Shown: piece by piece, positions 13,553-25,642 of the stretch
Position numbering within the stretch: the stretch's first letter is position 1
Layout: each line of letters begins with the position of its first letter
Origin: Geosiphon pyriformis uo1
Lineage: Eukaryota > Fungi > Glomeromycota
NCBI GenBank assembly: GCA_016748015.1
Contig: JAAOMT010000258.1
Span: 64,173-128,172, forward strand
DNA length: 64,000 bases
Reading direction: 5' to 3'
The notes under the pieces: generated by a model
Told to the model about the DNA's origin: nothing
Database searches by the model: none
What the model saw: the letters and a program-made list of their open reading frames with translations, nothing else
Made by a program: the position numbers and the translations under genes

Positions 13553-16426
13553 GTATGGTGTTCAAACAGATGACCAAGAATCTCAGGTGCATTGAAGAAA
13601 CTAATCACTGCAGCAAAATTGGCTTTAGCTTGTACTTGCTCAAAAGGTTTCAAATCATATAGAGATGGATGGTACAATGCCTTAATGGGGAAATATTTTG
13701 GCAAAAATGCCTTAGCCCTAAGTTCTTTCCTAATTATGATATCCCACTTTTAACACACACTCTTAAAGCTGAAGAACTGCTGAAACCAGATAAGAGAACT
13801 GCTTATTTAACACTGCTTTTCTAAGAACCAAATTCGAAAAAAACCTAACATCCACATGTGCCTTAATGAAACTTGGTTTTAAAAGACCCTCTATAGACAA
13901 AAAAATACCAAAATACCTATGAGATTCACCCTTTCTCGCAACAGAAATAGGTTGGCTACTGATGTACAAAAAGGCATTCTTTACTCTCTGATTGATAAGA
14001 ATTGCCACAGTTTTGTTATTGTTAATGGAAATATTATTTACATTAAAAAATTCACTTGCAATGTTTAGAATATACTGTGTTAAGGCCTGGCCATTACCGA
14101 CCCAGATTGTATCATCAACAAAAGCACCTGCAGCAAAAAAAAATAACATGCCACCACTAAATTCAACTCTGCCAGACTTTACTACAAAATTTGAATTGAT
14201 TCTGTAGCCACACAAATGTTCTTGTCTCTTGATTTTGCACAACAGAGAATCATAAAAAATCTTCCAGAGAAGTAGAAAAAACACTTTATCTTGATCCAAA
14301 CCATCATGAACAATGTAATCATTTGACAAACCAAAATCAGTCATAATCTTATTAATTCTATTCTCATGGATATTCCCAAAAAACTTAATAAATCTGCTAT
14401 ACATTTTAATTCACTTCAAATTGGACTTCAAACAATACCATCTAACCAAATTATAAGCTTTATGCATATTCTGTAGAACCAGCCAAATTTCCCAGTCCTT
14501 TTTCAAAGCATCCTCTACAATCAAACCAATGGCAAACACTGGGAACTAAGTTGAAATACCTCTTAGAACTGAAAAATTGTTATCACAAAGAATGTCAAAT
14601 TTGCTGCAAACCAAGGAAATCCAATTTGACAAAACCTTGGATAAAATCTTTCTTGCTGTCTCAATTAGAGCAATTGGCCTAGTGTTAATCAGAATGCCAT
14701 CACATTTATAGGGCTTGGAGATTATAGAAACTCAGGCTTTCTTCCACAAATCAGGTACATCACCAGCTCTTAAACAAGAATTTAGCAAATCAAGAAGACA
14801 AGCCAACACTTCAGCACTACTGTGCTTCCACAACTCATTAGTTATACCAGAAAGACCAACAGCCTTGCCATCAAGCAGCTCACTGATAATCAGAGACAAT
14901 TCACTCAAACTAATATTACTCATCATGCCTAAGAAGGCATTATCATTCACATGATTTAAAAGGACATACTGACAAGCCCACAAACCAGACAAAGCTGAAG
15001 GAATCTTCCACCTGCAGGTCTAGCCCATCATGATTTCATTCACTTTAGACCAAATCTCTATGGGATCCAAAATCAATTCATCATCAACTACCAAATGATC
15101 TAACACAACTTTGCAAAAAGAATGCTCTAAGACACTTCTAATCATCCCACCTTTGTTAGAATTAAAACTCTCCATACGTTTGTCTATTATGTCCCTAATG
15201 TGTTTGTATTTAGCCAACTCAGCCTCGTAGTATTTGGATTTCTAATAATATTTCCTGACTTTTGACAAAAGACTGCACAGCTCATGTAACTTTGAACCAT
15301 TTTTAAGCAAAACAACAATCTCTGAAGCCTTAACAGCATCAAAAATTGACCAAACCCAAACAAGACAATCCACTTTCACCAACTTATCCAAGCACAAACT
15401 TTTTGTAATCCTGGCAACCAAAAATTTCAGCTTAAAAAACTTCAAAGACTGTTTGTTTTTAGGACTATTAAATTCACAAAACCAATGCTTGGAGAAAGTT
15501 TCATCAGCTAAATTGCAAACAGCACTTCTCAACATCTTTTACATCCCATTCAGATCCCCTTTTTCTTTCAAGACCAAAAAGATATCCAAAAGCAAAGACA
15601 ACCTGATCAAAGAACAATCCCTAAAACAACCCTATTTGACAGCATCTGCATCTTTAATCTTATACTTCCAGCAGACTTTATTAGCCTGCTTGCAAATACC
15701 ATTCAGACAAGCATCAACCAAGCCTCCCAACCCAACTGAGATCCCAACCATATTATGATTGGTTTCAAAAAATTCAGACACAGAAACAACACTATGGCCA
15801 ACAACAGCAGAAAAAAGAACCTCATTCACAAAAACATAATCAATAGTTTTTTTAACTCCTCAGGAATTCCTCCAAATAGGCAACTTACTCAGAAAATGAC
15901 CATCCAGTGAGTTGACCAATCCCAAATCTGAACACTTTCTAAAACTAGCATATCTCCTAGCACTGTCTTTATTAAAATCTCCACCAACAACCACAAAAAA
16001 ACTATTATTAACCATCTTAAAGATGAGTAAGTTAATGTTAAAAGCTTGAGCAAAATGTGTCTTGGCTGAAATATTAGCATACAAACCCAGAAAAGTAACT
16101 GAAAGCTTATTTTTAAACAACAAATAAACAAAGATAACCTAACCAGGAACCTCCTCAACTTTTAAAACATGCCAAGCCAAGGAAATATTTATAACCACAG
16201 CCATACTCATACCAAGAAAACTTTCTACCAGACCAGATGTAAAAATTTTGACACTCTCAAACTTGTTCTTAATCCAAAGACCAGCACTTGCTCTTAACTT
16301 AGTCTCAATGAGAAAGAAAACCATATTACCAGATTCTAGATGCCAATGAACAATGTCTTTTTGTTTCTCTAAATTAGTCATGCTCCTGATGTTACAAATA
16401 GCCACTTTCCAAACTAGACCATTCAT
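13553..16426 (-). pseudogene. LINE-a ORF2 N-terminal part: APE endonuclease and reverse transcriptase
   Basis: APE motifs WKVAICNIRS, ETKL, GGDFN and IDYVFV. RT motifs RPIALIE, VHDGLDQ, AGAFVDDTIW and RYFGIFL. Confidence 0.92.
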
Positions 16427-17065
16427 TGGGAGGAAGAAAGCAATAAAAAATCTGAACCAGAACACAAAAGATCCAACTTAACCAAAACAGAACTGACTAA
16501 CACTTCTAAAGCTGACATCTTAGATTCCAAACCACCCACTTTGGAAGTCAGAATCTTTGAACTGCTTGAATTAAAACCATTAACCAACTTGTTAACACCT
16601 GGAAGAGAGAAAGGGGACGATGTCAACATGCCATCTAGAGCCATATTTGAATCCAAAACAGAAGCCATAGGCACAGAAACAGCCAAAGATAAAGCATAAG
16701 GAGAAGACGCCAATGGCACCAATTCAACAAAACTCAACTTCTTCAGGATACCAGAAATCTGGTCAGACAAGATTTCCAAAAAGCATTCTAGGGAAGCCAA
16801 ATGATCATTCAACTCAGAGACAACAAGAGAATTAGAAGCCAAAGGAGGGAAATTCACACCTGAAACTGGACCAACACTAAGAGTAACTAAAGGAACCACA
16901 TGGAGCAGAGATCTGCCAGCAATCTGGGCCCAAGTTTTTCCACCAAAAGAGACTGGATGTGCAATAAAAGCCTGCTTTTTCTTATAAATACCAGCCAAAC
17001 AAATCTGATTCCAATCAGTTACAATCCATTTCCCACAAACTCCAAAATTTTCACTAACTGAACAC
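16423..17065 (-). pseudogene. LINE-a ORF1, C-terminal part
   Basis: ORF 16423..16998 is homologous to LINE-b ORF 50892..51365 and continues in frame from 27204 across Gypsy B. Confidence 0.85.
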
Positions 17066-17914
17066 TGTTACTTATAGAAATATAGGAAATATATTAGCAT
17101 AATTATTAGCCAATCAGAAGTAAGCATAGTAAATGTGGAATTCCAGGATTCCTCTTAGGAATTGCAAAATTCCAGAAATTTCAGGATTCCTCTCAAAGGA
17201 ATCACAGAATTCCAGAAATTCCAGGATTCCTGTTGTGAAGAATCAAGGAATTGAGGAATCTCAATTATGTATATATAGCAGTAGTGTTAGAAACAGAAAA
17301 GACAGAATCGATACCACAGAATCCTTAGCCTAGAAAACACAATCATCAAATAAATAATTATTCCATATCTCAACCCACTCTTCACTATCAACACTTCATG
17401 TTGATAGTAATTGATACTTAACCATGCTGGAACAATAGCTTTTGATCATGGCTATTGATGAGATACTAATCTGCAAAATCGTCTTGGCTTATTTCTTTCT
17501 TTCTTTATTTTTTTTTTATTTATTTTTCTTTATTTTATTTTGATTTGTTGTTGTATACTAACTGATTAAAAGGATTAAGCACTGAGTTATTGACATCAAG
17601 GATAGCCTGGTAAAAGACCCAGAAATAAGGGTAGAATTTTATATATTATCGAATAGCTTACCAGAAGGGCATGACTGCCAAACTAAATCTGGCCACCACG
17701 CTGAGAAAGAAATTGGAAAAACTCTTGGAAAGATACATTTATTATCGACACTATTGAATCTCTGTTCATTATACAAAGGACTCCACCAAAACCTTCAGAC
17801 CCATCAAAGCCTTCAGATACAACACTTACAGAACATCATCAATGGAAATAGCTTTTGAGCACCAAGTTATGGGTTTGTTATTTAATTCAACCACAGAAAT
17901 AATCACCTGTAACA
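17066..17914 (+). repeat. Gypsy B 5' LTR (849 bp)
   Basis: Direct repeat of 26317-27203; CCAAT at 17110, GGAATTCC array, TATATATA at 17270. Confidence 0.96.
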
Positions 17915-17916
17915 TT

Positions 17917-17933
17917 TGGTGCTCCCTGTGAAG
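17917..17933 (+). other. Gypsy B primer-binding site (tRNA ending ...GGAGCA-CCA, e.g. elongator Met or Ile(UAU); not resolved)
   Basis: TGGTGCTCCCTGTGAAG, 2 nt after the LTR; conserved in four elements. Confidence 0.88.
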
Positions 17934-17976
17934 TATAATCCTACAGAGAACCAGCACCGACAACACCAAACCAAAA

Positions 17977-20900
17977 GTGGCAGAATCAGAAACTATAGGA
18001 GCAAACCATTTAGAATTCGCAAAATTTTTATTTCAACCTTATTGTCAATACTTGGGATTAAACCACAATTATATATCCGCTGAATCAGTCTTCAATTTCT
18101 ACATCAACAAAAAGATTTCTTCTTTATTAAGAACACCAGTGAATACTGAATCAGCAAGGAAAACTTTCTATAGGAAATTAATTCAAAATACCAACCTGCC
18201 AACAAATCATAATTTCGCATCCATCATCACTGAGATCAACAAAGAAATTGAACATCACACTCAACAAAGATATCCAATTACATACGCTAGTAAAGACAAG
18301 GGAAAATTACAAACACCAGCAGTAACACCCAGAAAGATACAGCCACCTGCTTGGAAGAAAAACAGAGTTGAATCCCCAAGCAACCCATCCTACCACTATA
18401 CATCTGGAAGCGCCATCAACATATTATCAACAGACGCATTTACATCAGCTATGACATTAGCATTTGGATGATTCCCATTCCAAAGTAGACAAATGAAAAC
18501 AGAATTGTTAGGACCATACAGCGAGTACTTTGAGGGATTTAATTCGCAATTATTAACCCCATCAGGACTTTGATCACCACCGCCTCCACCAGATTTCAGA
18601 ATTTCTGATCCATGGGAAGCAGTGGAATCAGAAAAGGAGAAAGAAGAATCAGAGGATCAAGAATTCACTTACCAGCACCCAATCACTAAAAACCCGGAAG
18701 TTGAAACCCCAAACCTTCAAACTCAGCAACAGTTAGAAAATCCGGAAATCGAAACTCCGAATATTTGAACACCACCAAATCAAAAAAATCAAGAATCCAA
18801 ATTAATTAATCAGCAAAACTTACCTCCAGTAATCATCATCAATCAACCACCGATTAATCCTATAGCCGAACCCATACAACAGCCACTTCAGCTACCACTC
18901 CAACAGCCAAGACAACAACAACTGCTTCAACAGCCACCACAACCACCTAACTTAGATCCAATGGTCTATGCACCAATCGCAAAACTCGACAACTTTACTG
19001 GCAAAGAGGATGACACCCAAATATGGCTGAACAATATAGAAAAAGCCATCACAGCCAACGGATGGAATGATGCACGAGCAATGCAAGCCATTCCCTACTT
19101 TCTCAAAGATACCACCAATTCATAGTACCAGAGCTTGATTAATAAACCACAAGATTTCAATGTCTTCAAAGTGGAATTTCTGAGATACTTCAGCAACAAT
19201 AATAGCATCAATCGCCTAGTTAATGTATTCACCACTATAAAACAAGGAGAAACTGAAGCAGTCACCACTTACCTGGGACGCTTCTATCGAAACTTACGCC
19301 AAATTCAAGCAATTAACACCAATTATTTCACAGCACCACAGATACTCAATCAGTTTATCCGTGATCTGCGCAGCAGCATCTTACAACATGTACATCCATT
19401 GCATCCTGGCACGCTTCAAGACGCAGTGACACATGCCAGAGATTTTAAATCTGCCGAGTCAGAGACTAATCATGCGCAAGCTGTTAATCTAGTCATGAAC
19501 AGATCATCTGAATTGGATTCCAAATTGAAGAAGTTCAGTGAATCAATTAATAAGAGATTGGAAGGATACTTAGCTGACAATCACATCATTTATCAGTCTT
19601 CACAATGATGCAATAATTAAGGAAACTCTAATCATGGCCAAAATTAACTATGCCCATCTGTATCAACCAATCAACAGTGGCAACAGGAAATGCATATCTG
19701 CTACTATTGTGGGAAACAAGGACATATCCAAATTGACTGTTGCCAGCATCTAAATAACCAACAATCAAGAAATCAATATCAAAACCCCAATCGCCAGTTC
19801 CAAACTCTGAATCATTATCCAAATCAGAATCAAGACCAATATTAAAATAATTACCTGCCCATGACACAGCAACCAATCTATCACCTGCCAGTGTATCAAC
19901 CTCTGATTCATCAGCCGCAGCCACAAGTAATATATCAACTGCAGCCACAAATTATCTATCAACTCCAACCAATTCAAACACCAACCCAGAACCCAGCTCA
20001 AATAACATCAGACAACCCTCAATCCAGAGTCACTTAAAACTGGAAATCGGCAATGGTTGTTCACCAACCAATCCCCAGTTCACTAAACTCATCATCAGGA
20101 TCACACACTCGGAATTTGGATACCAGTCACGTCCAAAACCCAAATTTTCAGCATTATTTAAGTCTCCTAGTTACCCCAGAAAACACCACCTCCAACAACA
20201 CAGAATCCAATCAGCATGTACCTATCAACACCATTCCACTGGCAACCATCTCTAGTGATGAATCCCTAGCAGCCATCTTTCCTTTCGAACTCAAAGAAAA
20301 CACAACAATACCATTATTCAGTGGAGCTGCCCTCGAAGAGAAACTCATAACAGCCATGTACACGGATGCCAAAGTTGATGGTCACCTCATCAAACTCATC
20401 CTAGATAGTGGATCAGCTGGCAGCATAATTACTAGACAACTCATGGATCAATTAGGTCACTGAGTTGATTAAGCTGCCAGTGCCAGAATCATTACAGCTG
20501 ATAGAGCAACCAAAACTCCAATCGGCGAAATCGACAATTTTCCTTTTAAAGTCAATGGCATCATGACTCCCATTAAAGTTCTAATAATGAAAGCCACTTA
20601 ATACCAAGCTCTCATTGGTAATAACTGGCTATCCAAAGCCAATGCAACATTAGACTAGAACACCCAAGAACTCCAGCTAATGTATCAGGGCCAACACATA
20701 CATGTTCTAGCCACATGTGGCCACTTTAAAACTCCTCCAAGAAAGAAACTATTGATCGAGCTGGAGGAGGAGAAAGAAAAGCCTACCTGGGAAGCCTACC
20801 AAGTATCATGGGCTAACGAAGAGCATAACGAGCTGCCGCCAATACTTTCCTAGAACAACAACTATCAGAAAAAAAGAAAACAAAAGGAAGAACTTACCTG

Positions 20901-23900
20901 GGAAATTGATGACCTGACGTGGACCGACCACAATGATAGCAAACCAACTTCAAGTTGGGAATGGGAAGAAGACAATAAAAATAAAGGGAAGGAAAAAGAA
21001 AAAGAGACCACTCAAACCACTACTACTGATAACACCTACATTACACCACAATGATCTATCTATCGTCGACCCAAGCTTATCTGTGTCAATTGTGGCAAGA
21101 AATTGTCATCAATGAGCGCATGCTGTGGGGACGATGAGGAATATTCAACAGCAACTAAGTTCTATTGCCGCCCATGCATCCTTGAATGCTTTGAAAGACC
21201 AAAACGAGTAGAGAAATAGGACAATCAGCCATGCTTAGCTTGTGGAGTGACTCTCTTGGATAAAGGAATATGACATGACATTCCTGGACATGGAGGAACG
21301 TGTGACATATTGTGTCAATACACGATTCTAATAAGTGACTGGGTAAAAAAAGGAACTCCAATAGAAGCAGCCTGGAGAAGAGCAGTACAGCGATTGAACA
21401 GTTACCCACATGACAATGATGAAATTTGGCAAATAGCACTTGCAAAAATCAAAGGGGCGACGCCAGAAGAGATAAAAATGATCAAAGACAACCCTCCAGA
21501 ACCTTTAGAGCTTAACTGGAACACCGAACCCATCATAAACCTCCTGGACCCAGAACAATTCCATAAACACTATCAAGAATTAGCACCCACAAGGGAAGAA
21601 CAAGAACAACGGTTAGAGCAGTTGAACACTCGACTATGTTAACACTGCCTAATTCCCTGTGACTTTCAGTATTGCAATGAGTGTGACCTCATTTACAATC
21701 CACCATCACACATGATCTACACAATCCCGGAAGAGGAAGAACCAATCAGCAGCTGCGCATCAGAATCAGAATCGCCGATCAATCGCGATTCAAACTCCGA
21801 CAATGATGATGACAACAACAGTTCAAGCTCCGTTCAAAAGGGCAATGACAATGACAATAATTCCAACTCAGATACAAACTCTGATGTAAACTATGAACAA
21901 TACATTGCACTACCAGATCTCTTCAAGGAACAAGAGTTGAAATGGTATAGTGACAATGGGGAAGGTATTATGCCAGAATGAATGCATGATACTGATGTAG
22001 GGTTTGATCTAAGATATCCAGGAAAAAATGCCATCAAATTGGAACCACATTCACACACCTGCATTGATCTGAAAATAGCACTAGAAATTCCGGCAACAAC
22101 CATGTTTCAACTAACATCTAAGAGTAGTTTAGCAAAAAGAGGGATTAATATAAGAGGAAGAATAATTGATGCGGGATATGTAGGAAATATCATTGCTATG
22201 CTACAAAATGACTCAGAAAAGGCCTATGTAATAGAGCCCAATAAAAAGATAGCACAGGCAATATTCCTGCCTCTGGTTAGAATAGCTTAGTTAGTATCAG
22301 TGGGAAAGAAGGAGGAATTAGGAATAACGGCGAGAGGAATATAAGGATTCGGATCCACAGGTAGAATAGATGTATCAGTTAACATAGCAGAGGAAGAAAT
22401 TGTTGGCCAAGGAGAAATTATCTCAACTGGTCAAGCTATTTCTATTCCACCATATAGCCAGTATATGTTAGCAATAGAAAGGAAGGAAAAGGAACAAGAA
22501 CAGATGTTTGAAGTGGAAGCAACCCTTTGTGAATCAGGAGAGATTGGATTGATCAATCTCCACATACTAGCTAAAAGCTATAGCAGCATAAAAATTCTCA
22601 TCTACAACAATACTGAGAATGTTATTAGCATACCAGAAGGAACCACCATCGGATATTTGACCACAGAAATAGAGGACCAACCACCAAACCCCATTCCAGA
22701 CTTTCCACAACTTTGTGGATATGTTGACATCACATCACAAACAATCTATGAATGAGACGAATGTTATTTGCTTCAACCAGAACAATTGAAACAAATGAAC
22801 ATAGGAAACTTAGATCCACTCCAATGTATGTAGCTCAAGATGTTACTCAACAATTTCAATGACATCTTTGCCAGTGAAAATGAGTTTGGCTGAACTGACA
22901 TTATTCAGCATCAGATCAAGACTGAAGATGCAATGCCAATCAAACAAAGAGCATACAGAGTGCCGCCAGCCAGCCACGAGATTATTCATCAAGAGATAAA
23001 CAGAATGCTTGACAATAGGCTAATTCAACCATCAATGAGTTCATGGTTGTCACCAGTGGTACTTGTCCATAAAAAAAATGAAAAAATCCGGTTTTGTGTG
23101 GACTACAAAAAACTCAATGGTATAACTCGTGGAGACAGTTATCCAACTCCATGAATACAGGAATTATTCAATGCTTTCGGTGGAAATAAATGGTTCTCCA
23201 CATTAGATTTGGACAGTGGTTACTAACAAGTAGCCATGAATTCAGCTGACAAAAAAAAGATGGCATTTACTACTAGAGAAGGGAATTTCGAATTTGAAGT
23301 AATGCTATTCAGCTTAACCAATGCCCCAGTGACTTTCCAACAGCTAATGGAAATTGTTTATATGAGCTTATTGTGGAAATCAGTAGTTGTATACTTGGAC
23401 AACACCAATGTATTCTCAAAGACGTTTGATGATTATCTTCATCATCTTCAACAAGTGTTCGAAAGACTAAGAAGAACAGGACTGAAGCTAAATGCGACAA
23501 AGTGCTTCTTTGGCAAGACGGAACTCAAATTCTTGAGACACATAGTCAACAAAGACAGCATCAAAATGGATTCAGAGAAAATAGAGATAGTAAAGAATTT
23601 TCCAGTACCAACCAATATAACAGAACTGAAATTATTCTTGGGATTTGCCAGCTACTATTGTCATTTTATCAAGAACTTTTCTAAGATAGCGCAGCCACTC
23701 AATCAACTACAAAACAAAAATGCAAAATATGAATGGACAGAAAGTCAACAAAAAGCTTATCCAAGCTCCAGTGCTGATCTATCCAGATTACAGCAAACTA
23801 TTCATCATCACCACTGATGCATCTGGCCAAGCATTGGGAGCAGTATTATTTCAGAGAAGACTGGACAGCAGAGAACATCCAGTAGCATATGCCAGCAGAG

Positions 23901-25618
23901 GTTTAACACCAGCCGAAAAGAACTATGGAACACCGGAACAAGAACACTTAGCAATATACTGGGCCGTCATAAAATGAAAAAAATACTTGAGCCAGAAGTT
24001 TGAAATATACACAGATCACAAGGGATTAACATCACTCCAAAAATAAGAATTTGGAGATGGAAGACAGTCAAGATGGAAAATGACACTTGGACCATACAAT
24101 TATACTATATATTACAAAAAGGGAAAAGACAATGGAAATGCTGATGGTTTATCGTGAATAAGACAAATTTAAGAACATTTCAACCCAAAAAAATAATAAA
24201 ACCAGAACAATACCAATGGAAAAATACAACTAAAGATGAACATACAAAAATATCAACAATTACAATATTATCTAAATACTCAACAGTTCAAGGAGAATTT
24301 ATCTCATACAGAACAAAGGGGTATTAAACAACAATCAAAATATTTTATTACTTACCAAAATATACTTTATTGGAAAAATAGAAGAGATCCAGATCAACCA
24401 ACCAGAGTAATCACAAAGCCAGAAAAAGAGACAATATTATTTAACATGTACTCAAATCCAACAGCAGGACATTTTCACAAAGAAACAACCATGGAAAGAA
24501 CTAGAAAAAGATACTATTGGCCATCAATGTACTCAGACATCATTCAATATGTTCAAAATTGTGATGCTTGTTAGCGAAGAGGAGGAACAAGACCCAGTAA
24601 ACCATTAAGACCAATCAAAGTAGGACAACTATTTGACTGTATGGGAATTGATTTAGTCGGACCATTAACAATCACCAGCAGAGAAAACAGATACATAGCA
24701 GTAGCTATAGATTATCTCACTAAATGGCCAGAGGCAAAAGCAATTCAAAGAGTGGATGCAGAATCTGTTGCCGAATTCGTTCATCAGAATTTGATTTGTC
24801 GACATGGATGTCCAAAAGAATTATTATCAAATCAAGGAACTCATTTTGTGAACAGAACATTAACAGAATTGAGCCAAAGATTCGGGATCAAGAGACCATT
24901 ATTATTACCATACCATCCACAAACCAACGAATTAGTAGAAAAATTCAACAGAACATTGTGTGAAGCAATAGCCAAGCTCAGCCAAGAAAACCAGAACGAT
25001 TGGGATTTGTTCATACCATCAGTACTATTTGCTTATTGGACAATGAAACAAGATACTACACAAGCAACACCATTTGAATTAGTATACGGGAGAATAGCAA
25101 CATTACCAGTAGAAAGAGAAATTAACACATATCCAGCTGAACCAATAACAGAAGAAAATTTTCAAAAAACATTGCTGAGAAGAACATATGACTTAATGGA
25201 AACATTGGAAAACAAACGAAGAAGAGCAGCTGATAATATCCAAAAGTCACAAAAAACACAAAAAAAAAGACACGATAGTCAACTACCAGACAAACCAGTT
25301 GAATTCAAGATCAGAAACAAAGTATTACTATATTGTACCAAAGCGGAAAAACAATGGAGTAGAAAATTTGATCCCAAATAGGACAGACCATTTCAAATAG
25401 AAGAAAATCTAGGAAATGGAGCTTACAAATTAAGATTGGATAACAAAATTTTAACCAAAGCAGCACATAGAGATCGACTGAAACCATATCACAACATCAC
25501 ACTACTATCTACCAGTAATATTTCACAATTAGGAGTACAGAGAATACTAGTCCAACCAGATGAGATTCCACAAGATCTGAAACCAATTATTATTATCGAC
25601 AACAACACGTTAAATTGA
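17977..25618 (+). pseudogene. Gypsy B single-frame Gag-Pol polyprotein (Gag-PR-Cys-rich-dUTPase-RT-RH-IN)
   Basis: ORF pieces from 17977 to 23236 share one frame; after a 23-bp deletion at ~23755, pieces 23720-25436 share one frame. Motifs: CYYCGKQGHIQIDC (19699-19740), LILDSGSA (~20395), YLDN (YLDD), TTDASG, H..CDAC, GIDLVG / LSNQG / VEKFN and a GPF-like RPFQI. Confidence 0.95.
21961..22362 (+). pseudogene. dUTPase domain within Gypsy B pol
   Basis: All five trimeric dUTPase motifs: VGFDL, SKSSLA, IIDAGYVGNI, KIAQAIF and RGI*GFGSTG. Confidence 0.93.
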
Positions 25619-25642
25619 TCCATCAAAAGAATATATAAAGAC

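Noticed and set aside
17420-17670. Hammerhead, twister or hairpin ribozyme in the LTR (TTGAYGAG, CTGGTA/ACCAG, CAGAAGG)
   Set aside because: The required partners are missing: no GAAA/UH three-stem junction, no NGUC opposite AGAA, and no twister pseudoknot core.
21961-22362. Bacterial, endosymbiont or phage origin of the dUTPase region
   Set aside because: It is in frame within Gypsy pol between paired LTRs and repeated in sibling elements.
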